Below are positions 36,158 to 50,500 of a stretch of 64,000 bases of DNA, piece after piece. Source of the DNA: Octopus sinensis. Its lineage: Eukaryota. Each line of letters starts with the position of its first letter. Within the stretch, counting starts at the first letter, position 1. The stretch is taken from contig NC_043002.1 of assembly GCF_006345805.1 (NCBI RefSeq), forward strand, positions 111,662,001 through 111,726,000, given 5' to 3'. A program made the position numbers and the translations under genes. Under the pieces are notes generated by a model. It saw only the letters and a program-made list of their open reading frames with translations, was not told the DNA's origin and did no database searches.

Positions 36158-39100
36158 ATATCTATGTGTATATATGTATATATATGCATATATATATATA
36201 TACGTGTGTTTGTGTCTGTGCGTGTGTACGTATAAATATATGTATGTCATCATCATCATTGTTTAACATCCGCTTTCCATGTTAGCATGGGTTGGACGAT
36301 TTGACTGAGGACTGGCAAACCAGATGGCTGCACCAGGCTCCAATCTGATCTGGCTGTTTCTACAGCTGGATACCCTTCCTAACGCCAACCATCCGAGTGA
36401 TTGGCACTTTATACAACTGTACATATTTATATGCATCACATAATAATAATAATAATGAAATTATTGTATACAATGCTTAGGTGCACCACAACTTTTCAGA
36501 AAGTGCATATAAAGTACATGCAGTAATGTAAAAATGTTTGGAAAGCGAACAATTGCATGAGTCAGATACATGCCTGTGTGTGTAAGGAGGGGAGAAAATC
36601 AAGTGTAGTGTTGGCGAATCTCAGGAAGCATGGAAGTTTTGAAGGATGCAGTGCTCCGACAACTAACAACTGATGCCGGCAGTTTGTTCCACGCTTCAGC
36701 AACTCTCAGCACAATCTACTCTTGCACACTGCATCTAATTCCTCTTAAGCCTAATTTCTCTCTCAGTACAGTAGCAGTCTGTCACATATACACTGACATT
36801 GCACATCCAGCAGAGCATATCAGATTTGTTTCTCTCTAGTCTTCCTCAACACAGCTCTTTGTACACATGCATCATATAATCTTCGTTTCATTTGGAGAGA
36901 GAGAGAGAGAAACCTTTGGTTGCCAACAAAGGTAAAAGGTCTCTGTGCATTCTGCTTTCTATTATTGCTTTTCTCCTTGGTATTTGGGGAATGTTGTCAA
37001 GTGAAGTTTCTCAGCCTAGAATGGAAATGCAATTGTATCTCAAAGTAGCAAGAGCTTACTTGACCTTCTAAAGCTCAGCACTGAATTCTGTATATATTCT
37101 TACTTTTAGAATGGTTGTATACTGTCAATCTAACGTGAACGTGACAGTAGGGGGTTACACCACCGCTATTTAGCCCTAGGAAGCATCGACGCTTTCTGCT
37201 GGCTTAGGGCTAACAGCGGTGGTGTAACCCCCTACTGTCACGTTCACGTTAGATTGACAATATACAACCATTCTATCACCCCACCACCGTACATATCTCT
37301 ATGAGATATTTAGAAATTTAATAATTTCTGATCTTACTTTTAGGTTTACAAGAAACGGATCAGAGAATATATGATAAGTAATATTGTAAGTATAATTGTT
37401 TATTTTTTCATTTCCCTAATGACTAAAATCATTTCTTGTCAAGAATTAAATTATTTGGAATTAATTTCTTTTTTGTTCAGATTGTAATATAATGTTTCAT
37501 AAAAGTATTGTAGTTTACCTCCTAATTACTTATGTGCACTATTTTATAAATAACTGATCAAATTGAAACCTTAAATTATTCTAGATGTTGTTTAGTTTGC
37601 TCCTGTTAACTTTTATTAAATCCTTAATCTAGAATACAACATGGTTACAGAAATGTAGAATCTTTGATTTTTACCTCTTGAGCCTTCAAGTCTGTTATTT
37701 GGAAACCTAACATTTTACCACCACCATCATCATCATCTTGTTTATTTTTGGTATGAGTTAGATGGATCTGTCCAAGGAACTTGGATCAGCTTTCTAATCT
37801 TTAGGTAGCTTGATATTTTCATGTACTACTTCCTACTATGACATTCAATAGGCTTGTTTCTTTCACTTGTGGAGGCTTTGGAAATGCCATGGGTGTTGCT
37901 CTTTCTCTCTGCTTTAGGGCGAAGTCATGGCATGAAAACATTGTCAGTTGATAGCTATTTTCACCTCAATCAGGTATTGAACTACCAACCATATTGAGAG
38001 TGTTTGAATTTGCTGGAGGTATCTGATGATGTTGAAGACTTGTTAATTCTGCACACCTTAGCTCACTTCAATAATACATATTTTACTATGAAGAAGCAAT
38101 CATTTCATTAGCTTAAGGTTACTAAGTTCTGTGTCACAAATTAGATATGCTATAGTGTAATTTTATCTTACATCAAATTATAGAAACATATCTTGTTTTC
38201 TGTAAACAATAGTGTGATTTGGCTACAGGCTTCCAATCACTGGTTTACTGCATTTTCAATATGAGAATGTCTCTGCAGCTTGGATTGAATGAATAACACA
38301 GGGTTCTTTTTTTTTTGCCCAGTGCATTGATTTCACAGTTTATCACTGATGTATATATTTTTCGTCAATACATATATGCACATTCTATGGTCTTCTGCAT
38401 AGTTTCCATCTTCCAAATTTTGCTCACAATAGACTAACCTAAGGTTATCCTTAAGGGTGGACAATGGGAACTAAACCTGATCCAAGTGGTTGCAAAGAAA
38501 ACTTAAATACACAACTGTACCTGTACTCATTACTCTTTACTCTTTTACTTGTTTCAGTCATTTGACTGCAGCCATGCTGGAGCACCACCTTTAGTCGAGC
38601 AACTCGACCCTGGGACTTATTCTTTGTAAGCCCAGTACTTATTCTATCGGTCTCTTTTGCCGAACCGCTAAGTAACGGGGACATAAACACACCAGCATCA
38701 GTTGTCAAGCAATGCTAGGGGGACAAACACAGACACACAAACATATACACACACACTTATATATATATATATATATATATACATATATACGACAGGCTTC
38801 TTTCAGTTTCCATCTACCAAATCCACTCACAAGGCATTGGTCGGCCTGGGGCTATAGTAGAAGACACTTGCCCAAGATGCCACGCAGTGGGACTGAACCC
38901 GGAGCCATGTGGTTGGTTAGCAAGCTACTTACCACACAGCCACTCCTGCGCCTGTCTAATTGTCTATTTTTAGTTTAGGATTGGAAAGATTGTAAATAAA
39001 GCTCTGATGATTGCAGTGTCTATTATAGTATCTTTTAAGCTATTTTTTCTTATTCATCTTGTTTGTGAAGGAGAGAGAGAGAACGGATGATTTGCTTGGT

Positions 39101-42100
39101 GATATGATTCTGAATTTGATCCCATTTGCATGGGACCTTAAGCAAATGTCTTTTATCAAGGCCTCTAGTTGATCCAATTCCCATGTGATATTGTGTAGGC
39201 AGAAACCCTGTAAAAATTTGACAGACTACATGTTCTTTAGTGATTGGACTAATTTGTATCTCAAATTAACATCACCCCTGAACTTGGATCAGCTTTCTAA
39301 TCTTTAGGTAGCTTGATATTTTCATGTACTACTTCCTACTATGACATTCAATAGGCTTGTTTCTTTCACTTGTGGAGGCTTTGGAAATGCCATGGGTGTT
39401 GCTCTTTCTCTCTGCTTTAGGGCTAAGTCATGGCATGAAAACATTGTCAGTTGATAGCTATTTTCACCTCAATCAGGTATTGAACTACCAACCATATTGA
39501 GAGTGTTTGAATTTGCTGGAGGTATCTGATGATGTTGAAGACTTCTTAATTCAGCACACCTTAGCTCACTTCAATAATACATATTTTACTATGAAGAAGC
39601 AATCATTTCATTAGCTTAAGGTTACTAAGCTTTTTTTGATACCAATCTACCTCTGATTCTGTCAAACAAAACTTAGTTCATTTAAAATGATTGTGTTTCA
39701 TTTAAATCTTTTTATCCTAACCCTAATAACCTGTCATTATGTTACAGCTTTATAATGAGAAAAAGTTATTAAATCTGTCCATATTTTTTTGTTTTCAAAT
39801 TTAATAGGCACACATAGGAAATACTTTCCATTAGAGATATAATGAAAGGGTTCAACCAGGCCTAAGCATTTACCATTATAACAGGATCAGGAGTCGGTAT
39901 CACTGGAGGGGTGTCCGATCTGATCCCGTCACATTCAATTTAATATAATATAACAGACGAAGTCAGATTATGTGGGAAAGACAGCAAATGTTGTTTATTA
40001 CTCATGATGATGTAGATCTGGTGTACGTATTTCTGAGGGGAACCTACAGCCGAATCTGTTGCATTGAATTTTGTTGGTTGGTCGAAGTGATTCGATGTGG
40101 TCCGCTGTTAAGTTGGTGTGTAGTCGTCAGAGACTACTTGTACGCGTCCGTTCATGAGGGCTGCCGAGGCCAAAGAGAGTGAGTGAGTGAACCGTGCTTA
40201 GGGGTCAGTTTCCCGCACATGCGCATGGGGGAATACTTCCGGTGGCCAACCGGAAGTAATCCCATTCTGCGCATGCCCGCTGAACCTTACACAGCAACAT
40301 CACTACACCATTCTAGGGTTTACAGTGTTTTTAATTCTCACTTTTATTGTTCTTCATTTACCTGTTAATTTCTTATTCCTTGAATTTTATTCTTGGTTAA
40401 AACCCCTTTGACTCCATTCTTGTCTGGGCCTGTACAAGTGGGCTGTGTATAGAGAGGTGATAAATAATATTCCATTCTCTACAAGTTTTTCATTTTCTCA
40501 CCTGTAGGTATCCAATGCTGTACATATAATGAATTCCGTTATGGCTTTTCTCTTCATGTTGCTCACCTTAATATTTACTTATCCATTCTCAAAACTGCTT
40601 TACAAGGTGGCTTGCCCAGTGACATCACCTATGAATGCCACTAACCCAGAACTCAACCTTGTAGACTATACTGTGTCAGATGGTAAGTTTATTGCTGATT
40701 TCATTATTTTATAATTATGCAACAATGTCCATTTTCTTTCGTTGGTTTGTGATTTATAAGTTTTCTCTTGAATAGTTGCTAGTTAACAACTGCAAGTAAA
40801 ACACAACCAGGAAGGGGAATTCCAAGAGGCTAGTATTCTGGAAAGAAAATACTGGGCATAAATGTGCGGGTGGCACGTAAAAAGCACCCACTACACTCAC
40901 GGAGTGGTTGGCGTTAGGAAGGGCATCCAGCCGTAGAAACACTGCCAGATCAGACTGGGCCTGATGCGGCCTTCCGGCTTCACAGACCCCAGTTGAACCG
41001 TCCAACCCATGCTAGCATGGAAAGCGGATGCTAAATGAGGATGATGATGATGAAATGGTTGAACCGTCCAACCCATGCTAGCATGGAAAGTGGGTGCTAA
41101 ATGATGATGATGATGATGATGATGAAGCATTGTCTGTGATGTAAATGGTGGTGGGGATATTTTTATATGTAAGATTTGATATAATTTACTTGTATGACAG
41201 TGACAAATGTAAATAAAGATATATCAAATCTAGATCACTCTAAGAAATTCCTAATCCTTGTTCAAGACAGTGATTCATCTTGTAATCAGAAGCGCTGCTG
41301 CAGCTGTGACCATCCTCTCCCCTTTTTCTATATCTGAGACTGATATACAAAAAGATGAGTTGATCATGGGTCTGCTCAACCAGGAACAAACTGGGATTAA
41401 ACAACATCTTTGTTTACCATGTTAATATTCCCCTTTTATCTGTGGTTAACGTAGGGGATGATTTATTCTTTTGTGGATATATTGCTGGTGCTTTGTAGTT
41501 GGACAAATGGAGTGAAAGTAGATTAAATTTGTCAGCCAGGCAGACTGATTCAGAGTATTATGTTCTTTTCTGGATGATACATCATCATCATCATCATCGT
41601 TTAACGTCTGTTTTCCGCACTAGCACGGGTTGGACGGTTCGACCGGGGTCTGCACCAGGCTCCAGTCTGATCTGGCAGTGTTTCTACAGCTGGATGCCCT
41701 TCCTAACACCAACCACTCCGCGAGTGTAGTGGGGGGTCTGGCATCGGCCATGATCGGTTAGTGCTTTTAACGTGCCACCGGCACGGAAGCCTGCCACGTT
41801 CGGATGGTGCTTTTTATGTGCCACCGGCACATTACAACACTTATTAATGTGATGGCCTAATTGTGTAATTGTCTCTGATTGTACATTATTTCCAAACTAT
41901 TACTGTCACCTAGTAGCTGGGTGGAATCATTAGTATCGGGGAAAAATTGTCCCCAATATTTGAGTATTCTGAGTATTACTTAGTAAAGAATTCTAATTTT
42001 GGCTTATGACCACAATTATTAGAAGCCAGTGCCGCCCCGACTGGCTCCTGTGCCGGTGGCACATGAAAAGCACTATCCGAAGGTGGCCATTGCCAGCGCC

Positions 42101-44326
42101 GCCTTGGCTGGCTTCCGTGCCAACCAATTGTGACCGATGCCGGATCCCCCCTGGCACCTGTGCAGGTGGCACGTAAAAAGCACCCACTACACTCGCAGAG
42201 TGGTTGACATTAGGAAGGGCATCCAGCTGTAGAAACTCTGCCAGATCAGACTGGAGCCTGGTGCAGACCCTGGCTTCCCAGACCCCGGTCGAACCGTCCA
42301 ACCCGTGCTAGCGCGGAAAACGGACGTTAAACGATGATGATGATGATGATGATGTAGAATCTGTTGTAAAAATCAGCTTACCGTTTGCCTTTGACTGGAC
42401 AGGACAAGTATTGTTTATCTGTCTGGTGGTCTTAGTGAAATGGGTTGTGAAGCAGATAAGATTGTAAGGGTTGATATTAAACACCTTTCTCTTTGGTCCG
42501 GCCCTCATCATCTTTTTCAAGTTTCACATAAAGAAAATGAGGCTAAAGAAAGAAGTGCTGCATTCCAGTAAAAATTTGTTGAAAGGTGAGTGAGAGTGGC
42601 AAGGTAGTACAAGTGAACTGACTTACTCTGAGCATGCACATTTAGATCGAGAGAAAAGAATGGGGAGAGGGCACTTACTTTAATGGTTAGAGTGACCATG
42701 GTTTTGTGGGGTTTCCATGAACACACCTCGGAAGTTTCCCCTCCTTGGAGAATTATTTATTGTTAAAATAATCTTGTTTCCTCATTGTTTTTGTTGTACA
42801 TGTACAAACCCTCTGTATTTTTCCCGTTATTTTATCAGTGTCTCTTGTAGCAAAAAAAAAATAATGATTTACGTTTGATGGATATTTGTCTCATCTTGTT
42901 TGTTGTTAACACAACGTTTCAGTTGATATACTTTCCAGCCGTCATCTGGTGCCCTGGGGGAAATTTCAAACCTGGGTTCTCATTCCTAAGGTATTTCTCG
43001 AATATTATTATTATTAATATTCAGGTCAATGCCTGGAATTGAACTTGGAATTAGTAGCCTGCACTGTTAACCACTACACCAAATGCCCGTGGTGTAGTGG
43101 TTAAGAGCGCAGGCTACTAACCCCAAGATTCCAAGTTCAATTCCAGGCAGTGACATCATCATTTAGCGTCCGCTTTCCATGCTAGCATGGGTTGGACGGT
43201 TCAACTGGGGTCTGTGAAGCCAGAAGGCTGCATCAGGCCCAGTCTGATCTGGCACCTTAGGAATGAGAACCCAGGTTTGAAATTTCCACAAGACACCTGA
43301 TGAAGGCTGGAGAGTTTCAGCCGAAATGTTAACAAACAAGATGAGGACAAATATCTGTCAAACGTAAATAATGTACATAATTCCTCATCTCTCAAATATA
43401 GAACTGTAAGATTATTATTATTAATTATTCTTTGGTATTCATTACCTGTGGTATGTTTATAATTTTAGATGAAACCTTTGATGTTGATGTTTCAAGTGAT
43501 TCTTATGGAGTCCCACTGGATAACTCTAATTCTGCAGAAAGCTGTTTTGAAGGTGATACTAGTGGTTGTGGTGCTTTTGATGAACCCGTCGACAACCGGT
43601 GTTTTGGGTAATTTTCAAACCTTATCTGCATTGAATTTATGTTGACACTGCTTAATCGTAGGTCAAAAGTATATCAAAAGCCATCTGCATCTAATTTCTT
43701 TTTTCCAGGTAGTGATACTTCATTATCCAATACGTCCCATCACTTCTAGGAATATAAGTTGCAATCTGAGTGAGATCTAGCTGCTGTTTTTAGTGACTAT
43801 ATAAAGACCGCCATAGGTGGCGAACTGGCAGACACGTTTGTGCGCCAGGCGAAATGCTTAGCGGTATTTCGTCTGCTCTCACGTTCTGAGTTCAAATCCC
43901 CGAGGTCAACTTTGCCTTTCATCCTTTCAGGGTCGATAAATTAAGTACCAGTTACGCACTGGGATCGATGTAATCGACTTACTCCTTCTGTCTGTCCTTG
44001 TTTGTCCTCTCTATGTTTAGCCCCTTGTGGGCAATAAAGAAGTATATATATAAAGACCCCCTTGTTGGGTTGGCTTGCTGTTGTTATCAAACAGCTTTGT
44101 ATAATAAATATGAATCACAGGATGGCTGTATTGTGAAGAAGCTTGCTTCCTAACCATGTGATTTTGGTTTTGGTCTCACTGCAAGCAGCATTTTGGGCGA
44201 GTGTCTTCCACTTCAGCATTGGCTGATCAAAGCCTTGTGGATTTTGTAGACAAAACGTGAAAGAAGTCTGTCATGTGTATGTGTATCTATATCTGATGCA
44301 GTATGTATATATATATATATATATAT

Positions 44327-44370
<44 letters not shown>

Positions 44371-44554
44371 TATATATATGTATATAATATACACATGTGC
44401 AGGCATGGCTGTGTAGTAAGAAGCTTGCTTCCCACTCACATAATCCCAGGTTTAGTCCCACTGCATGGCACCTTAGGCAAGTGTCTTCTACTATAGCTTT
44501 GGGCCAACCAAAGCCTTGTGGGTGGATTGAGTAGACGGAAACTGAAAGAAATCC

Positions 44555-44590
<36 letters not shown>

Positions 44591-47500
44591 ATATTTGGTA
44601 TTTGTGTGTCTGTTTGCCCCCTCCCCCATCACTGTCAGCTGGTGTTGGTGTGTTTACATCCCCGTAACTTAGCAGTTTGGGAAAAGAAACAGAATAATGG
44701 GGTCGAGTTGTGTGATTCAAGCCCCTTCAAGGTGGTGCTCCAGCATGACCGCAGTCAGATGATTGAAACTAAAGAATAAAAGAATGTGTGTGTGTGTGTG
44801 TCTGGTGTGTTTGAGAGTACCCTTGTCTTTACCTCGTATAATGATTGTAAATGAGCATCACCATCATAGAAGCAATGTTATTTGTTTCCAGTCTTCCATG
44901 AAAAACCTGTGGGAAAATATTTCTTTACCTGGAAACAGGTGAGGGTTGGTAGCCAGAAGGGCATCTGGGCGTAGAAAATTTGCCTCAACGAAATCCATCT
45001 GAACCATGTGAGTAAACTTAATGACACGACCTTGACAGAAGAACTTATTGCATTAAATTCAACAGACAAGTGAATCAATGGCTAGCAGTAGCCATGCACT
45101 GAGTGTTGTATGTAACAGTGTTATACCTAATGTTAGTTATTGTATTTCACCTATTTAGTTGCTGTGTTATAGTTTGTAATTGTAGTATTATACCTAACTA
45201 TATAGTTGTGGTGCTATACCTAATTATACAGTTGAAATTTTACAGTGTCATATCAAATCTACAGTTGCAGTGTTATCTTTATATATAAAAGAGAGGTTGT
45301 GTGCTGTCTGTCTCCTACGATTTAGATTCCTAACTACTCCCACATTTTGCGGTGCAGTTTAACCAAAACCGGGTATCTTATAGTCGTGATTCATATCAAG
45401 CCCTTCTGGGTATTAGCGCGCGTCTACGATGAGTCTACGATTTAAAAAAAAAATTTACCATCATTTTTTTCCATTTTAATGCATTTTTTCGCTATTATAT
45501 AAGGGACGTAACTCTCTAAAAATGTCTACAATGAGTCAACGATTTAAAAAAAATTTACCATAATTTTTTTTCCATTTTTAATGCATTTTTTTGCTATTTT
45601 TTTGCTATAACTCTCTAAAAATGCTTATATAGTTATTTCCCTTACAAACCCGAGCAACGCCGGGCGATACTGCTAGTACCTTACGATAGAGTTGCAGTTG
45701 ATTCAAATGTATTTTACCACATTGGATTTTACAGGTACAGAGAAGTGTGTGACCTCTCATATATGTAGAATCAAGTGTCTTATAGTGATATCATTATCTG
45801 ATACTTATAAGACATAGCTATCAGGTTGAGCTGTTGATATCTTCATATACTTTGCTCTATAGATATCCACAAGTATCTTTAACTATACTGTACTTAGTTC
45901 ACATTGGCTATCAGCTGTAAGTGTATTACAATGTATTTTTATGTTGCTAATTACGTTTTTGTTTCATGATTCATGTTGCTCTTGTTTCAATGTTAATCTT
46001 TGTATTTCATGTTTTGTGTTTTGTGTATTTAAACTCTTGTTTTATGCTATGTGCTGTTAATTCCTATTTCATGTTTTATATTGCTATTTCCCACACTCCA
46101 CTTTGATAAATCCTATACTCTACTATTGCTGGATCTGTGTTCCCTGATGCTTGTCTCTGAAATCGATGTTTCTATTCCTTGCTAACGTCTATGTTTTACA
46201 TTTGTTATTTCTTGTGTGCGATATTTCAGACTCTCTCTTTTCTCTTTTACTCTTTTACTTGTTTCAGTCATTTGACTGCGGCCATGCTGGAGCACCACCT
46301 TTAGTCGAGCAAATCGACCCCAGAACTTATTCTTTTGTAAGCCCAGTACTTATTCTATCGGTCTCTTTTACCGAACCGCTAAGCGACGGGGATGTAAACA
46401 CACCAGCATCGGCTGTCAAGCAATGCTAGCGGGACACACACACTTATATGTATATATACATATATACGACAGGCTTCTTTCAGTTTCCGTCTACCAAATC
46501 CACTCACAAGGCATTGGTCGGCCCGAGGCTATCGTAGAAGACACTTGCCCAAAGTGCCACGCAGTGGGACTGAACCCGGAACCATGTGGTTGGGAAGCAA
46601 GCTACTTACCACACAGCCACTCCTGCATTTTGCTTTGTTAATCTCCATTTCATATAGCTAATCCAAGTGTTTTGATCTCTTATTTGGTTTCTTACTTTTC
46701 CAGGCGGAACCATAAGCAAAAAGCATACACAACTCCAATACTTCACCGAAAGAGGATGTTGTTTCACAATTCCTCAAAGTCAGCATCTCCAGGTTTCCCA
46801 CGGAAGTTGGATCTTGTGTGAGTCTAATTCCTACATATTTTTGTCAATAACAATGTTGCATTTGCTGAATGGAAAAGATATCTTTGGTGTTATAGCTTGA
46901 TACTCGAGCATATGTATACCTATTACAGTAATATGATGCTCATATAAAGATTATTGTTATTGAGGTGTTTGAATGCAAAGTGGTTATAAGTTTCTTGAAT
47001 AATGACAATTCCTTTCCTTTGCCCAGAGAGACGTAGCTGAGGTCTTTAGATCTGAGTTGTTTTTCAGAGCCAAACATAGTGAATGAGAGAAGTGTGTTTA
47101 TACCAGACTTCGAAGATGGATCTTTTAAGTCATGGTTGACAGGGAGTGGGGTGAAATGGGTTATTAAAGTTATATTTCTGACCTAAATATTATTTAACCC
47201 TTTAGTGTTCAGATTATTCTGTCAAATGTGATATTTTAAATATTTATATTGCTTTGAATTAATCATGCATTATCTTGTAGTTTACAGATTTCAATGATGT
47301 GATTTTTTTAGTTTTAGAATGACATGGTAGGGCTGAGGTGAGAGGCGAGCTCCGGTCAGTTTCAATATAAAACAGGTTAAATATTATGGCCGGTTTGAAT
47401 GCTAAAGGGTTAATTCAAAACTGTACCATTATGCTGGAAGCACTCCGTCGGTTACGACGATGAGGGTTCCGGTTGATCCAATCAACCGAACAGCCTGGTT

Positions 47501-50500
47501 GTGAAATTAACGTGTAAGTGGCTGAGCACTCCACAGACACGTGTACCCTTAACGTAGTTCTCGGGGATATTCAGCGTGACACAGAGAGTGACAAGGCCGG
47601 CCCTTTGAAATACAGGTACAACAGAAGCAGGAAGTAAGAGTGAGAGAAAGTTGTGGTGAAAGAGTACAACAGGGATCACCACCATCCCCTGCCGGAGCCT
47701 CGTGGTGCTTTAGGTGTTTTCGCTCAATAAACACTCACAACGCCCGGTCTGGGAATCAAAACCGCGATCCTACGACCGCAAGTCCGCTGCCCTAACCACT
47801 GGGCCATTGCGCCTCCTCCATTGTGCTGTAGTCTTCCGACAAAAGTTTTCTTAGTTCAATCTAAATGAGCTGCTAAATAAGAAAGATGCTCTTTACTGGT
47901 AGTTGGTTACCTTTGTGAAAAGGAGTCTGGTTGACTTTCACATAGATTATTTGTATATTTTTCAGGCTTGTTTAAACCTATGATAGAATTAAAATCTGAA
48001 TTTAAAAGTTTTAAAAGGAAGTGATGCCCGAGTCATGGTTGAATGCCTGAATGCCTGACAGTTTGTATCCTGCTTTTGTGATTTTAATTTTTTTTCTCAT
48101 TCCTATTTTTAGGTCTTCCTCTTCACCAAAACCTGTTAATACTGTAATGGAGGGTGACGGCAAGGAAAACCGACCAGCCATACCAGTTCTGCTGCTTGAT
48201 GAAGTACGGCCAATTGAGCCAAGAAACTTACTGGGGGCAAGTGTCTTATCATACCATTTGATAATATTGATAGCTTTGGTTATTGACCAGTTAAGTGATT
48301 TGGTTTGTATTGTTGCTGGTATAAGGAAATATATAGTTTTAGACTAGTGCTATTTGGCAGATTACAGGTTGCCGGTGATAGAATTTCACCAGCCATGCTT
48401 GATTAACCATAGCTAGAATGTGACATGTCTCAGTTCCTTAAGCTAAATACCTACTCGAAGAAGGCATCAGGTGATCACTCTTGTGAATCTGATCCTTCCT
48501 AATAGCCATAAAAGCTATCAAGTTTTCACATATATTTACAAGATATCGATTTCTGGGTGCCAATTTCCTACTTAAGTAAATAGAAAACTAATAAACAAAT
48601 CATTAATGACACTCCACTTTGATAAATCCTATACTCTACATTGCTAGATTTATGTCCCCTGTTGCTTGTCTCTGAAGTCAACCAAATTCTAACTCCATTC
48701 AGCTTTGAAATGAAGTGAAAAAGTCTGGAGAAATTTACTTCATAAAACAAAAAAATAAGCACACATGTGGCAAACAGAAAGTTTTTGCCTAGAAATTTGT
48801 CCGTTGCCAGCCTCACCTGGCCCCCGTGCTGGTGGCACGTAAAAGCACCGTCCGTTCGTGTCCGTTGCCAGCCTCGCCTGGCCCCCATGCCGGTGGCACG
48901 TAAAAGCACCGTCCATTCGTGTCCGTTGCCAGCCTCGCCTGGCCCCCGTGCCGGTGGCACATAAAAGCACCGTCCGTTCGTGGCCGTTTGCCAGCTCCGT
49001 CTAGCACCTGTGCGGGTGGTACGTAAAAAGCACCCACTACACTCACGGAGTGGTTGGCGTTAGGAAGGGTATCCAGCTGTAGAAACACTGCCAGATCAGG
49101 CTGGGCCTGATGCAGCCTTCTGGCTTCACAGACCCCAGTTGAACCGTCCAACCCATGCTAGCATGGAAAGCGGACGCTAAATGATGATGATGATGCTAAA
49201 CTTCTCTTTCTTGCACAGAAGAGTGTCTAATTTCATGTGTTTCAGGATTTAGTAACATTTACAGATATCTTTGGTACAGGAGTAACTCTTTAGCATTCAG
49301 ATTATTCTGTCAAAAGTGACATTTATTATCTTCGCCAAGGAAGAGGTTATGTTTTCATCGGCGTTGGTTTGTCCGTCTGTTTGTCTGTGTGCAAAATAAT
49401 TCAAAAAGTTATGAACAGTATTTGATGAAACTTGCAGTAAAAGTTGGTAATGACACAAAGAATAGATGATGAAATTTTGGTAGTGATCCGGGAATTTTTA
49501 TGGATTCTTGAAGGATTTTTCATTTGTTATATCTACTTTACATGAAGTATTGCATTATGTTCTTTGATTATCTCCCTTGAAAACACGTTCATCGTTTCCA
49601 CATAACCTATGGTAGCATTGCCGATTCCAAAGTTTATTTTTGTTTCTCTATTAGTAATTTTACTTGTGTATCTATCTTAAAATGAACTGCAGAGGATGAC
49701 ATGACAAGCCTTGACTATTGGGATCAACTCAAAAAACTCAGGCTTTGCTCCCTCCACCACTTTAAAACTCGTCCTAAGCTTGGCACCTGTGCCATCCGTC
49801 CACTACAGAAATGTTTGTGTCATATCGCATCACTATGACAACTATTTCACCTCAATTGGCCCTGCTCTCTCCAACATCATGCCAGACACACATAAAGGAG
49901 GAAAGTGACTTCACGGCATTCAAACGATCCCTAGATGATTACCCACAACAAATACCAGATAAACCACCCATACTCAGATATGTCTCTGAAAACAATAATC
50001 CTCTGCTTGAATGGGCTATGGTTCCCCAGAGCTGACTGTGTATCTCTTCCAGGTGCTGCTATTAAATTAGACATGGCCTGAGTCAACTTTGATTGAAACT
50101 TATCTAATTAATCTAATCTGTGCTGTAACCTATTAATCAAAGCATGACGTTTGGTAGAGGCTGATACCTTAACATTTCTGATGGTCTTAAGTATAAAAAA
50201 AATTATTAAAGATTTATATAGAACTACATTCAGAGTATGTCTATAAGCTATTGTGTTTAGATCTGGTTTCTATCCTCAGACTGTTCCGTTTTGTAAATAC
50301 AATTTTTTTTTTATATAAAGAACTCCGAAATTAGAAAAATACAAAATCTGCAACAATCTGGGTCCCATGAGTATCGGATAATGGATTTTCAACTGTGTAA
50401 AGAAACTGATTGTGGTGATCGTAGTTTTGACGGTGATTGTGGTGAAAGCAGAGACAGTGATGATGATGATGATGGTCAAGATAAGTATGGGAGGAGGATA

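Noticed and set aside
43090-43152. Possible tRNA gene
   Set aside because: Arms pair poorly, no T-run terminator, and it is attached to a repeat body present in two copies; treated as a SINE-like head.
46092-46165. About 70-bp similarity to 48610-48680
   Set aside because: Short and diverged; probably an old repeat fragment.
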